From contig CBDFIQ010000001.1 in NCBI GenBank assembly GCA_965248195.1, positions 672,001 through 736,000 of the forward strand: DNA of 64,000 nt, given 5' to 3'. The notes below the pieces were generated by a model, which was not told the DNA's origin, searched no databases, and saw nothing but the letters and a program-made list of their open reading frames with translations. The stretch is from Longimicrobiales bacterium. GTDB taxonomy: Bacteria; Gemmatimonadota; Gemmatimonadetes; Longimicrobiales; Gaopeijiaceae. Below, in pieces: positions 10,061 to 19,253 of the stretch (position 1 is its first letter; each line of letters begins with the position of its first letter). The translations under genes were made by a program, and so were the position numbers.

Positions 10061-11839
10061 TCAGGCGGCCGCTCCGCGGCCGCGACCCCGAACGGCCCGT
10101 CCAGCCCGTGCGCCGGTCTGCTCACCGTCTCTCAGTGTCACCTGGCCATTCACCACCACGAGGGGGATACCGAGGGGATACTGATGGGGATCCTCGAAGG
10201 TGGCCTGATCGGCTACGGTGGTGGGGTCGAACGCCACGAGATCGGCAAACGCACCGGGCTCGACCACGCCTCGGTCGGCCAGGCCGATCTTTCGCGCCGG
10301 CAGAGCCGTCACCTTGTGCACGGCCAGCTCCAAAGGCAGTGCTCCGGACCGCACGTAGTGACCCATCAGACGTGGAAATGTCCCATACCCCCGGGGGTGG
10401 GGAGAGCCCCCCGAGAGGGCTCCGTACGGGGCATACGACCCCCCGTCCGAGCACACCATGCCGAGCGGATGGGCCAGGATCTCAGCCGTGTTCTCCTCCG
10501 ACATCCCGAACCCGATCATCCCCACACCGTTCCGCTCCTCGACGATCAAACGGACGGTGAGCGCGAACGGTTCCTCGCCCCTCTCCTGCGCCAACTCCCC
10601 CAGACGACGGCCCCGCACGTATGCGTTACGGGCGGTCCGGGTGGAGCTGATCTGCACGGCATCCCAAGAGCCCAGGAGTGCCACTTTTGCACGTGCCAAG
10701 CGCTCGATCGCCGGAAGCTGGGCGGGATCTTGCAGACGACGGATGAAGGCACCGCTCCCGCCCGCCCGCGCCCACGCGGGAAAGAGATTGGAAAGCCCCG
10801 TGGCGTAAGCGACGTAGGGATATCGATCGAAGTGAACATCGAGGCCGGCGGCCCGAGCCGCCTCAATGGACCGAAGAACGGCGTTCGCCTTCCACCAATT
10901 CCGTTCGCCCTGGGCCTTGAGATGCGATACCTGAACCGGTACCCCAGCCATCCGGCCCACGTGGAGGGTCTCCTCGACCGCCGCGAAGAGGCCATCGTCC
11001 TCGTTGCGCATGTGAGACGCATACGGATAGCCGGTCCCCCGTAGCTCCCTGGCGAGCTCCACGAGCTCATTCACGTCGGCGAAGGATCCGGGTGTGTACT
11101 CCAGACCCGACGAAAATCCCACCGCACCCTGATCGAGCGCCTCCCCGATCAGTCCGCGCATACGCTGTATCTCATCTTCCGTGGCGGGTCGATCTGCTCC
11201 GCCGACCACCAGTCCCCGGATGGTCCCGTGGCCGATCATGGTGGCGAGGTTTACGGTGGCGGGAGCGCGGTCCAGCCGATCCAGAAACCCTCCGAGGTCC
11301 CGGAAGTCGATGTCGACTCCGTATGCATCACGGTATCGATCGCGTATGCCTCGGAACCCGGCGTCGGACATAGGACCCACCGAGTTTCCGTCCTGGCCCA
11401 CGATCTCCAACGTGACCCCCTGGCGGACGCGGCTCTCCGCGTTCGGGTTGACTAGGAGAGAGAGGTCGGCATGGGAGTGGATGTCGATGAACCCAGGCGC
11501 AAGGGCCATCCCGGCCAGGTCGATCTCCTCGGACCCGGTCGCCGCGACCCTTCCCACTTCGGTGATACGATCACCCGTGACCGCAACGTCCAACTCCATC
11601 CCGGGCGCGCCCGTACCGTCGAACACCGTAGCGCGGCGCAGGACCAGATCCGGCTCGGCTCCGGAGCTGATCCCAGGCGCGATTCCGGTGGTATTCTCGG
11701 TGGCGATCCCGCGTCCGACGCGGCCTCGGGCAAGGCCGAGGCCCAGAGCTCCGGCCGCCCCGGCTGCACCGATCAGACTACCGGTTCGAATGAAGGCGCG
11801 ACGTTTCAAAACGAGCCTCTCAAGACGACCCTCCCTCAT
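10061..11839 (-). CDS. N-acyl-D-amino-acid deacylase (D-aminoacylase family), probable Tat export
   Basis: APGFIDIHSHAD, GFSSGLEYTPG, SHMRNE, SHLK, PHPRGYGTFPR; N-terminal KRRAFI. Confidence 0.9.
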   Translation of the reverse strand: MREGRLERLVLKRRAFIRTGSLIGAAGAAGALGLGLARGRVGRGIATENTTGIAPGISSGAEPDLVLRRATVFDGTGAPGMELDVAVTGDRITEVGRVAATGSEEIDLAGMALAPGFIDIHSHADLSLLVNPNAESRVRQGVTLEIVGQDGNSVGPMSDAGFRGIRDRYRDAYGVDIDFRDLGGFLDRLDRAPATVNLATMIGHGTIRGLVVGGADRPATEDEIQRMRGLIGEALDQGAVGFSSGLEYTPGSFADVNELVELARELRGTGYPYASHMRNEDDGLFAAVEETLHVGRMAGVPVQVSHLKAQGERNWWKANAVLRSIEAARAAGLDVHFDRYPYVAYATGLSNLFPAWARAGGSGAFIRRLQDPAQLPAIERLARAKVALLGSWDAVQISSTRTARNAYVRGRRLGELAQERGEEPFALTVRLIVEERNGVGMIGFGMSEENTAEILAHPLGMVCSDGGSYAPYGALSGGSPHPRGYGTFPRLMGHYVRSGALPLELAVHKVTALPARKIGLADRGVVEPGAFADLVAFDPTTVADQATFEDPHQYPLGIPLVVVNGQVTLRDGEQTGARAGRAVRGRGRGAAA

Positions 11840-12909
11840 CCACCGGTCCGCTCCTCGGGCCGACCTGCCTCATTCCAGGCCGGCGCGCTGGAGGCATCAG
11901 CAAGCGCCCGCACGGCCATGATGATCGTCTCGACGGCCAACACAATATGGTCGAGGTCCACCTTGTCCACCTCGTCGGAAGGACGGTGGTAGTCGCTGTG
12001 CAAGTTGAACGAAGACAGTGTGTGCGCCGGAATCCCCTCGTATGCGAACCTCACGTTGTCGCTCCGGAAGAAAAAGTTTTGGTCGGGATACGGATCGGCA
12101 ATGACCGGAACCCCCAGAGACGAAAAAATCTCTCCCACCGTGGAGCGGTCGTAACCGGTGGCCCACAACATGCCCGGACCACCGGCCAAACTGTCCGGCC
12201 GCCCGATCATCTCGACCTGTAGCTGAGCGACCGTCTGATCGAGGGGCAGGGCGGGGTGATCTAAATACCACCGGCTTCCCAAGCCCCCGACCTCTTCACC
12301 TGTAAACAGAGCGAAGACCACAGTTCTCCGGGGGGGCCTTCCGGAAGCGAGGTCTCGCGCGGCCTCCAACACGGCCACCACACCGGACGCGTCGTCATCG
12401 GCGCCGTTGTAGATGGAATCCCCGTCCACGGGACGCCCCACGCCGACATGATCGAAGTGAGCGCCGACGACGATCACCTCGTCGGCCACCGTGGGGTCCG
12501 AGCCATGGACGATCCCAATGAGATTACGGTCCGAGATGAACTCCTTCGCCGAATCGGGGAACGTGTCCGCGGCCTCCGCCGTAACGACGCGGGACCCACC
12601 ATTGGGCAGCGTCAAACGCACGGCAGCGATCTCCTGGACATACCCGGAGGTCCCCGCCGGAGCCACTCCCGCGTCGTCGAATTCCGCGGCGATCAATCGG
12701 GCAGCCATCGCCGATCCGAGGGTTCCTACGGATCGCCCCGCCATCGAATCTGCGGCAAGGGAGCTGAGAAGTCTCTGGACCCGGGTGGGCCGGGACTCGA
12801 ACCCCATCACGTTGGAAAATCCGCAGGCCGACACAGCGAGGAAGAGCGCCGCGGCCGGAGCCTTACGGGTGGATTTTACCATCCCATCTCCCATCGGGGG
12901 ATCGAACAT
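11836..12909 (-). CDS. M28 family peptidase (possible lipoprotein); start may lie slightly downstream
   Basis: GAHFDHVG, IYNGADDDASG, FTGEEVG, RSDN, DYHRPSDE. Confidence 0.9.
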   Translation of the reverse strand: MFDPPMGDGMVKSTRKAPAAALFLAVSACGFSNVMGFESRPTRVQRLLSSLAADSMAGRSVGTLGSAMAARLIAAEFDDAGVAPAGTSGYVQEIAAVRLTLPNGGSRVVTAEAADTFPDSAKEFISDRNLIGIVHGSDPTVADEVIVVGAHFDHVGVGRPVDGDSIYNGADDDASGVVAVLEAARDLASGRPPRRTVVFALFTGEEVGGLGSRWYLDHPALPLDQTVAQLQVEMIGRPDSLAGGPGMLWATGYDRSTVGEIFSSLGVPVIADPYPDQNFFFRSDNVRFAYEGIPAHTLSSFNLHSDYHRPSDEVDKVDLDHIVLAVETIIMAVRALADASSAPAWNEAGRPEERTGG

Positions 12910-13000
12910 TGTTTGTCCAAGATGCCGGCCTTACGCCCTTGGGGACAGAGGTTCGTGTCGGTAGCTTGCACGATCCCAAACGTACATCTCTTGGATTGTA

Positions 13001-13984
13001 ATGAGCGACTTTATAGACCTGGCCGTAGTTGGAGCAGGACCTTGCGGGATCGCCGTGGGAGCCGCCGCGGCCACGGCCGGACTCCGGGCCACCCTCTACG
13101 ACAGGGGGTGCATCACCAATTCCCTGGTGGACTACCCCTACTACATGACGTTCTTTAGTACGGCGCGAAAGTTGGAGATCGGGGACGTTCCGTTTACGAT
13201 CGCCGACAGCAAGCCGACCCGGAGGGAGGCGCTCGGTTACTACCGGCGTGTGGTCCAGTTCTACGACCTGGACGTTCGGCAATACGAGGAGGTCACGTCG
13301 ATCGAGGGCCAACGAGGGGACTTTCTACTGCACACCAGAGCGCGGTCGGGAGCGGAAGGCACTCTTCGGGCCAGGGCGGTCGTAGTAGCGACGGGGGGAT
13401 TTCACGAGCCGAACTATCTGGACGTGCCGGGAGAGGATCTCCCCAAGGTGAAGCACTACTACCAAGAGCCGTACCCCTTCTACGACCAAGACGTACTCGT
13501 CGTCGGAGCCGGAAACTCCTCAGTAGAGTCGGCCCTGGAAACATACCGGGCCGGGGCGAGGGTAAGCATAGTTCATATTTTCGGCGAGATCGACGGAGGC
13601 GTGAAGCCGTGGGTGGTCCCCGACATCCAAAACCGGTTGAAGAACGGCGAGATCGAGGTCTATTGGCGACATCGGATCGAAGAGATCCGTTCCACCAGCG
13701 TCGTACTCTGGGACATGGACTCGGAAGGGAGGGTGGAGATCCCGAACGATTGGGTGCTCGCCATGACGGGCTGGCGGCCGGATCGCCAATTCATCTCGGG
13801 ACTCGGCATCGACATCGATGACGAGACCGGCATTCCCTCCCACGACCCGGATTCGATGGAGACCAACATACCCGGCATCTACATCGCTGGAGTCCTGGCG
13901 GCGGGTTATAACGCGAACAAGATCTTCATCGAAAACGGCAAGTTTCACGGACCCAAAATCGTCGAGACGGTGGCCGCCGGCTGA
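13001..13984 (+). CDS. ypdA: YpdA family putative bacillithiol disulfide reductase
   Basis: GAGPCG, YPYYMTFFST, KPTRREALGYY, HYYQEP, VGAGNSS, VKPWV, FIENGKFH. Confidence 0.88.
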   Translation: MSDFIDLAVVGAGPCGIAVGAAAATAGLRATLYDRGCITNSLVDYPYYMTFFSTARKLEIGDVPFTIADSKPTRREALGYYRRVVQFYDLDVRQYEEVTSIEGQRGDFLLHTRARSGAEGTLRARAVVVATGGFHEPNYLDVPGEDLPKVKHYYQEPYPFYDQDVLVVGAGNSSVESALETYRAGARVSIVHIFGEIDGGVKPWVVPDIQNRLKNGEIEVYWRHRIEEIRSTSVVLWDMDSEGRVEIPNDWVLAMTGWRPDRQFISGLGIDIDDETGIPSHDPDSMETNIPGIYIAGVLAAGYNANKIFIENGKFHGPKIVETVAAG

Positions 13985-13993
13985 ACAGGCCTG

Positions 13994-14512
13994 CTACAAC
14001 GGGAGCCCACCCCAGCGCATCATCAGGCCAGCCCGCAGAGTCCACTGCCTGAGATCTGCGCTCGTGGCAGGGCCCTCCGTCATGAACTCGTATCGGCCTT
14101 CGGCAAAGATCCCGAAGCCGGGGAGACGGATCTCCGAACCCGCACCGGTGAAGAAGCCGTCGTCATCCAGGATCAGGCTATTACTCGGATCTTCCAGATC
14201 ACGCCACGTGCGCCCGAACGTGACGTATGGCCGCAGGACCGGAAGGGAGAGGATCCCGAGTTTCACCCCCAGGGACCAGCCCTTGAAGTCACAGCCACTA
14301 CATGCAGGCCGGAACAGCGTTCCAGCAGCGAACACTTCCAGCGGAAGCATCGGGAGGCTCACGCCCGCCTGGGCCCCGATCCCATTGGTCCCTTCGAAAC
14401 TGTCTCGAGCCCGGGCCCCGAACACCCCTCCGACCAACTGGCCATCCGCGGGGATGGGGCCAAACAAGGCACCGATGGTCAATACGGCTAACGCGAATTT
14501 CGCCACAGTCAT
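13994..14512 (-). CDS. outer-membrane beta-barrel-like secreted protein
   Basis: Signal peptide from MTVAKFAL (ATG 14512, GGGAG upstream); amphipathic strands, RPYVTFG, FAEGRYEF. Confidence 0.6.
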   Translation of the reverse strand: MTVAKFALAVLTIGALFGPIPADGQLVGGVFGARARDSFEGTNGIGAQAGVSLPMLPLEVFAAGTLFRPACSGCDFKGWSLGVKLGILSLPVLRPYVTFGRTWRDLEDPSNSLILDDDGFFTGAGSEIRLPGFGIFAEGRYEFMTEGPATSADLRQWTLRAGLMMRWGGLPL

Positions 14513-14638
14513 CTTCTCCCGGGTCGAACGGTCCTTCATCATGCGTTACTTTGTGGGCGTCTCACCGATCCTGCATCGCAGAGGTCCGACGCACCCGTCT
14601 CTGTGCAATAACCACGGATCGCCGAGAGGGTTCCCGAA

Positions 14639-14896
14639 ATGGGCGTTTTCGAGTTCATCATCGCGTTGGTCGTCATCTCCACCGTCGGCAGGATCATCGC
14701 GGCGCGGAGGCGGCCAATGCGTCTCCCCGGTGAGTCCTTCCAACTCGACGCCGAGGAACTCCACCGCGTCCGCGATACTATCGCCGATTTGGGCACCCGC
14801 TTGGAACGACTCGAAGAGGAACGCGATTTTTACAAAGATCTTCTCGAGCCCCCACCCACCCGCAGCACGCTCCCGCCCCCCGATTCGGATTCGTGA
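14639..14896 (+). CDS. small single-TM protein with coiled coil
   Basis: Hydrophobic N-terminus followed by RLERLEEERDFYKDLL. Confidence 0.65.
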   Translation: MGVFEFIIALVVISTVGRIIAARRRPMRLPGESFQLDAEELHRVRDTIADLGTRLERLEEERDFYKDLLEPPPTRSTLPPPDSDS

Positions 14897-14940
14897 GAAT
14901 CGTCCTTGCGTTCTCGGAAGGGGAGTATCCACCTTAGAAG

Positions 14941-16458
14941 ATGACGATCATGACGTTCGAGCGAGTCATCACGAGCAGCATCGACGGTATCTTCGCCTGT
15001 GACGCCTCGTTCAACATCACCGTGTGGAATCCCGGAATGGAGTTCATCACCGGGGTTACCAGAGAAGATGCGGTCGATCGTCCTCTGCTAGGCGTCTTTC
15101 CACGGCTGGAGGAGACCGGTGACCACGCCTCTCTACTGGAAGCCCTGGCCGGAGAGACGACGATCGCCAAGGAGAGCAGTTATTCGCTCGGAGACGGGGA
15201 TCAGCCTGTATTCTTCGAGATCCACTTCTCTCCGCTCCGAAACGAAAAGGGAGACGGAGTCGGCGGCGTAGCTTTTTTCCGGAACATCATGGAACGTAAG
15301 CTCGCAGAGCAGGCCTTGAAGGATCTCTCGGTAAGAGATCCGCTTACCAACCTTTATAACCGCAGATACTTCAACAAGCGCATCGAGGAGGAGATTTCCC
15401 GCGCGACTCGCCAAAAGAGTCGGTTCGCACTCCTCCTTTGTGACCTGGACAATTTCAAGAAGGTCAATGATTCGCGTAGCCACCAATTCGGTGACGAGAT
15501 GCTGACGGCTGCGGGCCAGGGGATTCAGGACGCCACGCGGGACGTCGACTTCGTCTTCCGATGGGGAGGAGACGAGTTCGTCGTGATTCTGCTGGTCGAC
15601 GATCGACAGGGCATCATCGATGCGGGAGAGCGGATACGAGCACGGATCGTAGAGCTGGGGAGGGAGAAGCAGTTCCCACTCGATCTGAGCATCGGCGTCG
15701 CCTCGTTCCCCGAGCACGGGGAAAACTCGAACCAACTCATCCGCCTCGCCGACCGAGCCCTTTACATCGCTAAGAAGAGGGGCGACAAGATCCATATCGG
15801 GGAAGAGGAATACGAGTTGGACGATGGCGTGATCAACGTCGTCTTTCAGCCCATCGTGGACACAATGTCTAGGCAGGTGATCGGACACGAAGCTCTGAGC
15901 CGGTCTTCGACGGAGGAGTTCGGCATCCAAGAGCTCTTCAGAAAGTATCGTTCGATCGGCAAACTTCTCGAACTGAAGGAGATCTGCTTCCGTAAGCAGA
16001 TCGAGACAGCGGAAGCCCAAGGGCTGGATCGGGTGTTCATAAACGTCGATTTCAAGCTTTTGGAACACCTGGGGCGCCGAAAGATTCCGGCCGATGTCGC
16101 CGTGACCCAGGAATGGAGAGCAGAAGGATTCAAGTTCGCGTTCGACGACTTCGGTGTGGGCTTCATCTCCCTTCCGTTCCTCGCCGACCTGGAGCCGGAG
16201 TACATCAAGCTGGACCGGCTCACGATGCTACAGGCCGTGGCCTCCGACGAGTTTCGGAAATTCCTGAACCACGTGGTGCTGGGGTTGAGGCAATACGCCC
16301 GCCAGGGAATCGTGGCCGAAGGGATCGAGTCGGAGGAGGAGCTCGGTGTCGCGAAGCAGATTGGGGTCCACCTCGTCCAGGGTTATCTCTTCGGCCAGCC
16401 CGGACCGATCACCCTCAAGGAGCCTGGATCCATGCAGCTTCCCATGGGCGCGTCCTGA
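14941..16458 (+). CDS. PAS-GGDEF-EAL protein; EAL domain appears internally shortened
   Basis: PAS (WNPGMEFITG), DPLTNLYNRR, DLDNFK, RDVD I-site plus RWGGDEF, FQPIV, HEALSR, DDFG, IKLDR, AEGIE, QGYLF. Confidence 0.9.
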   Translation: MTIMTFERVITSSIDGIFACDASFNITVWNPGMEFITGVTREDAVDRPLLGVFPRLEETGDHASLLEALAGETTIAKESSYSLGDGDQPVFFEIHFSPLRNEKGDGVGGVAFFRNIMERKLAEQALKDLSVRDPLTNLYNRRYFNKRIEEEISRATRQKSRFALLLCDLDNFKKVNDSRSHQFGDEMLTAAGQGIQDATRDVDFVFRWGGDEFVVILLVDDRQGIIDAGERIRARIVELGREKQFPLDLSIGVASFPEHGENSNQLIRLADRALYIAKKRGDKIHIGEEEYELDDGVINVVFQPIVDTMSRQVIGHEALSRSSTEEFGIQELFRKYRSIGKLLELKEICFRKQIETAEAQGLDRVFINVDFKLLEHLGRRKIPADVAVTQEWRAEGFKFAFDDFGVGFISLPFLADLEPEYIKLDRLTMLQAVASDEFRKFLNHVVLGLRQYARQGIVAEGIESEEELGVAKQIGVHLVQGYLFGQPGPITLKEPGSMQLPMGAS

Positions 16459-16491
16459 GCTAGACCGGATCCTACCAACATCCTTGGAGAG

Positions 16492-17067
16492 CTACGCGCC
16501 GTCCGGCGTACTCAGGGCGTTGATCCTTTGGATGATTTCATCCGTAATATCCAGCGTCGGACCAATGTAGACCAAGCCGCTCTGGATGGCATTGAAGATG
16601 AGAGTGTAGCCGTCCTCCTCGCCCATCACCTCGATGATCTGAGCAATCATCTCCGTGATCTCCAACGTCAGTTCGTTCTGCCGCAGGCCTAGTTCCTGCT
16701 GAACATCCTCCTGCAGGCGGTTTAATCGGAGCATCAGATCCTCAACGTCCCGTTGGAGCCGCGCAGCCTCCGGGCTACCTGGGGGCGCTGTAATCGCCTG
16801 CTGCTGAAGGGTATTTATCTCATCCTGCTGGACCTGCAACTCTCCAACTCTCTGATCACGCAGTTGATTAAAAAGCGCGAGGGCCTGCTGACCAGGCTGC
16901 GACTCCGCCATGACACGGTCGGCGTTGAAGACGCCGACCTTCCCACCCACGACCTCCTGCGCTGCGAGCGGAAATCCCGCTAGGATCGAGGCAAGGGCAG
17001 CCACCAACACCGCGAACGAACCTCTTCCCAAAGCCACACGGCTCGGCATCGACATCTCCTTCGCCAC
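16492..17067 (-). CDS. skp: OmpH/Skp family periplasmic chaperone
   Basis: Signal peptide, KVGVFN, long coiled coil, GYTLIF...LDITDEII; true start probably ATG 17049. Confidence 0.8.
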   Translation of the reverse strand: MAKEMSMPSRVALGRGSFAVLVAALASILAGFPLAAQEVVGGKVGVFNADRVMAESQPGQQALALFNQLRDQRVGELQVQQDEINTLQQQAITAPPGSPEAARLQRDVEDLMLRLNRLQEDVQQELGLRQNELTLEITEMIAQIIEVMGEEDGYTLIFNAIQSGLVYIGPTLDITDEIIQRINALSTPDGA

Positions 17068-17139
17068 AAAATTATCTAGGAAAAACCAACGAAAATTTGC
17101 TACACCACACGGGCTGTGCGGTTGCGTGGACGTCTCCAG

Positions 17140-18249
17140 CTACGCCGAAGTCCAACCCGGACCCAACGCACGGATCCCAGCAGGTGGCCCTGTCGGCGAA
17201 CCCACCGTCACCTGCCCGCCGTTTGACACGTCCCTATGCACGTAACCGAATCCGATCGGGCCACTCCGGCGGGGGGATTCCACTACGCTCGTGACCTCAC
17301 CCACCACCCGATCTTCTCGAAACAAATCGGCTCCGGTTTTCGGTGCCGGGCCTTCCGCCAACAGCAATCCTCTCAAGGAACGGTTGACGTGCCCCCGGTC
17401 ACGGATCCGCACGACGACTTCCTGGCCGGTGTAGCACCCTTTCGTGTGGTCCACGGCTCGATCCACGAGTCCGGTCTCCGAAAGGATCGTCGACTCATCC
17501 ATGTCCCCACCGTATGCCGGCCGGCCCGCCTCGACCCGGAGCGTTTCCCATGCGCCCGTACCGATCGGAGTTGCACCCGCCTCGATGAGGCCATCCCACA
17601 TTTCCCTGAGGCGAGGGGCGGAGACGAAAAGGTCCCAGGCAGGCACGTCCACGTCGCAGGTCCTCACCACCCGAACGCCCCCCCTCCCGACCATGCTGCG
17701 TGCGGTGCCCCCTTTGCCCCTGTCCCCGTCCTCCCGGACCTCTAGGAATTCGCCTTCGGCTAGACCCTCGACCTCGGCTGCGCGGGATCCCGAATCAAAG
17801 ACGATCTCCGCGATCGTCTCCGGCGCCTCCGGTCCGAGAACCGTTAGCAGCCCGGATTCGGCGGTGACGTCTTCGATGGTCGCCAAACGGGGCGGCACAT
17901 ATCGCTTCAGGTGTGCCAGCAGCGGCTCGATTGCCGCTGCCGGTATGTCCAGAAACAGGCTCTCCTCGTCCGGATCCGGACCCCACATCGCACGCAGGTC
18001 CGCGATCATCCGACCCTTAGGGGTGAGGACCGCAGAGTACTCGACCCGGCCCCCTACCAGACCCTCTCGAGACAGGCTCGGAGCACTCGGCATACGTCCT
18101 GTAAGGACACCCTGGAGGGCGGCGATCGGGGCACGTCCCAGAACGAGCAGCCGAGCCCGATGGCTGCGATCACGAATGGCGAGTCCCTCCCGGGCGGCCC
18201 AGTACTCTGCCGCAGGGTCCCCGTAGTGTCTCGGGAGTACCTCACACAT
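17140..18249 (-). CDS. GcvT/YgfZ family folate-binding protein
   Basis: HYGDP, LTPKGRMIADL, LRVEAGRP, KGCYTGQEVV; start placed at ATG 18249, overlapping the upstream stop. Confidence 0.85.
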   Translation of the reverse strand: MCEVLPRHYGDPAAEYWAAREGLAIRDRSHRARLLVLGRAPIAALQGVLTGRMPSAPSLSREGLVGGRVEYSAVLTPKGRMIADLRAMWGPDPDEESLFLDIPAAAIEPLLAHLKRYVPPRLATIEDVTAESGLLTVLGPEAPETIAEIVFDSGSRAAEVEGLAEGEFLEVREDGDRGKGGTARSMVGRGGVRVVRTCDVDVPAWDLFVSAPRLREMWDGLIEAGATPIGTGAWETLRVEAGRPAYGGDMDESTILSETGLVDRAVDHTKGCYTGQEVVVRIRDRGHVNRSLRGLLLAEGPAPKTGADLFREDRVVGEVTSVVESPRRSGPIGFGYVHRDVSNGGQVTVGSPTGPPAGIRALGPGWTSA

Positions 18250-19099
18250 CGAACCCCTCCTCTGGTGCGCCCAACTCCCCCTCCAGACGGCGCACCAGCG
18301 ACCGGATCCGCCTGGCGTCAGCTGCATTCGGGGCAAAGTCGAGATACCGCCAGAGCTGTTCCTTCGCTTCCGTTTCGCGGCCGAGCTTGAGCAGTAACAT
18401 ACCTCGGTCGCGCCGCTCCCCGGCGGACGCCGGCTGAACCAACATCAGCCGCTCGACCACGGACAACGCGCGTTCGTCGTCCTGTACATTGAGGTATAGG
18501 CCCTTGAGGTTCACCAGCAGGCGACGGATCATATCGAGCTTGCTTGCCGCTCGGAGAAAGGCCGGCTGCATCCGAACCATGCCGCCGTACTCCTGATCCA
18601 GCACCTCCTGTGCTTGGCTCTCAAACCGGATTCGTCCTCTGTCGAACGGGTCGATCAAAAGGTCTTCGGCCGCGCCGCGATAGCGGACCAGAAAGTGGCC
18701 GGGGAAGCTCACGCCTTCGAGAGGAAGATCGAGCCGCCAACCTACTTCGAGCAGAATGATCCCGAGCGTGAGGGGGATTCCGAGCTGCCGATCCAAGACA
18801 TCATTGATGAAGGAATTCCGAGGATCGTAGTAGGATTCCCTATTTCCGCGCAGGCCCTCCCGCTCGAACAACGTATGGATCACCTCCCCGAGGACGACTG
18901 GGGGAGCGGTCTCGTCATCGAGCCGGTCCTTGACCGCTTCGGCCAGGGCATCGAGCCGCAGCATGTACCGCTCCACAGGAAGTTGCGGGTACTCCTCCTG
19001 GGCGATGTAGAGGGCCGCACGGCCGAGCTCGAAATCGCGCTCGGACTTCTTTACCAACTGACCCAGATGCGCGCGGGTGGAACTCCCTGGAATATCCAT
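18242..19099 (-). CDS. SirB1/YchA-like transglutaminase-like + TPR protein
   Basis: GNRESYYDPRNSFINDVLDRQLGIPLTL, FPGHFLV, IDPF, ERRDRG. Confidence 0.88.
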   Translation of the reverse strand: MDIPGSSTRAHLGQLVKKSERDFELGRAALYIAQEEYPQLPVERYMLRLDALAEAVKDRLDDETAPPVVLGEVIHTLFEREGLRGNRESYYDPRNSFINDVLDRQLGIPLTLGIILLEVGWRLDLPLEGVSFPGHFLVRYRGAAEDLLIDPFDRGRIRFESQAQEVLDQEYGGMVRMQPAFLRAASKLDMIRRLLVNLKGLYLNVQDDERALSVVERLMLVQPASAGERRDRGMLLLKLGRETEAKEQLWRYLDFAPNAADARRIRSLVRRLEGELGAPEEGFDV

Positions 19100-19132
19100 G
19101 CCCGAAGTTACCGTGTTCCCCCCCCTGGCGCC

Positions 19133-19164
19133 CCAGTCTTCAGTCTATCCAGTCTTCAGTCTAT
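19133..19164. repeat. 16-bp perfect tandem duplication (ccagtcttcagtctat x2) in the divergent promoter region
   Basis: Directly visible in the sequence. Confidence 0.85.
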
Positions 19165-19253
19165 AGTGTGGTGTCCCAGATTAGTCCGACTCCAGAAATA
19201 GGCCGGGCCGTGAACCCGGAAGTCCCCCGAGGGCCGTTAGGCCGTAGAGTGAA

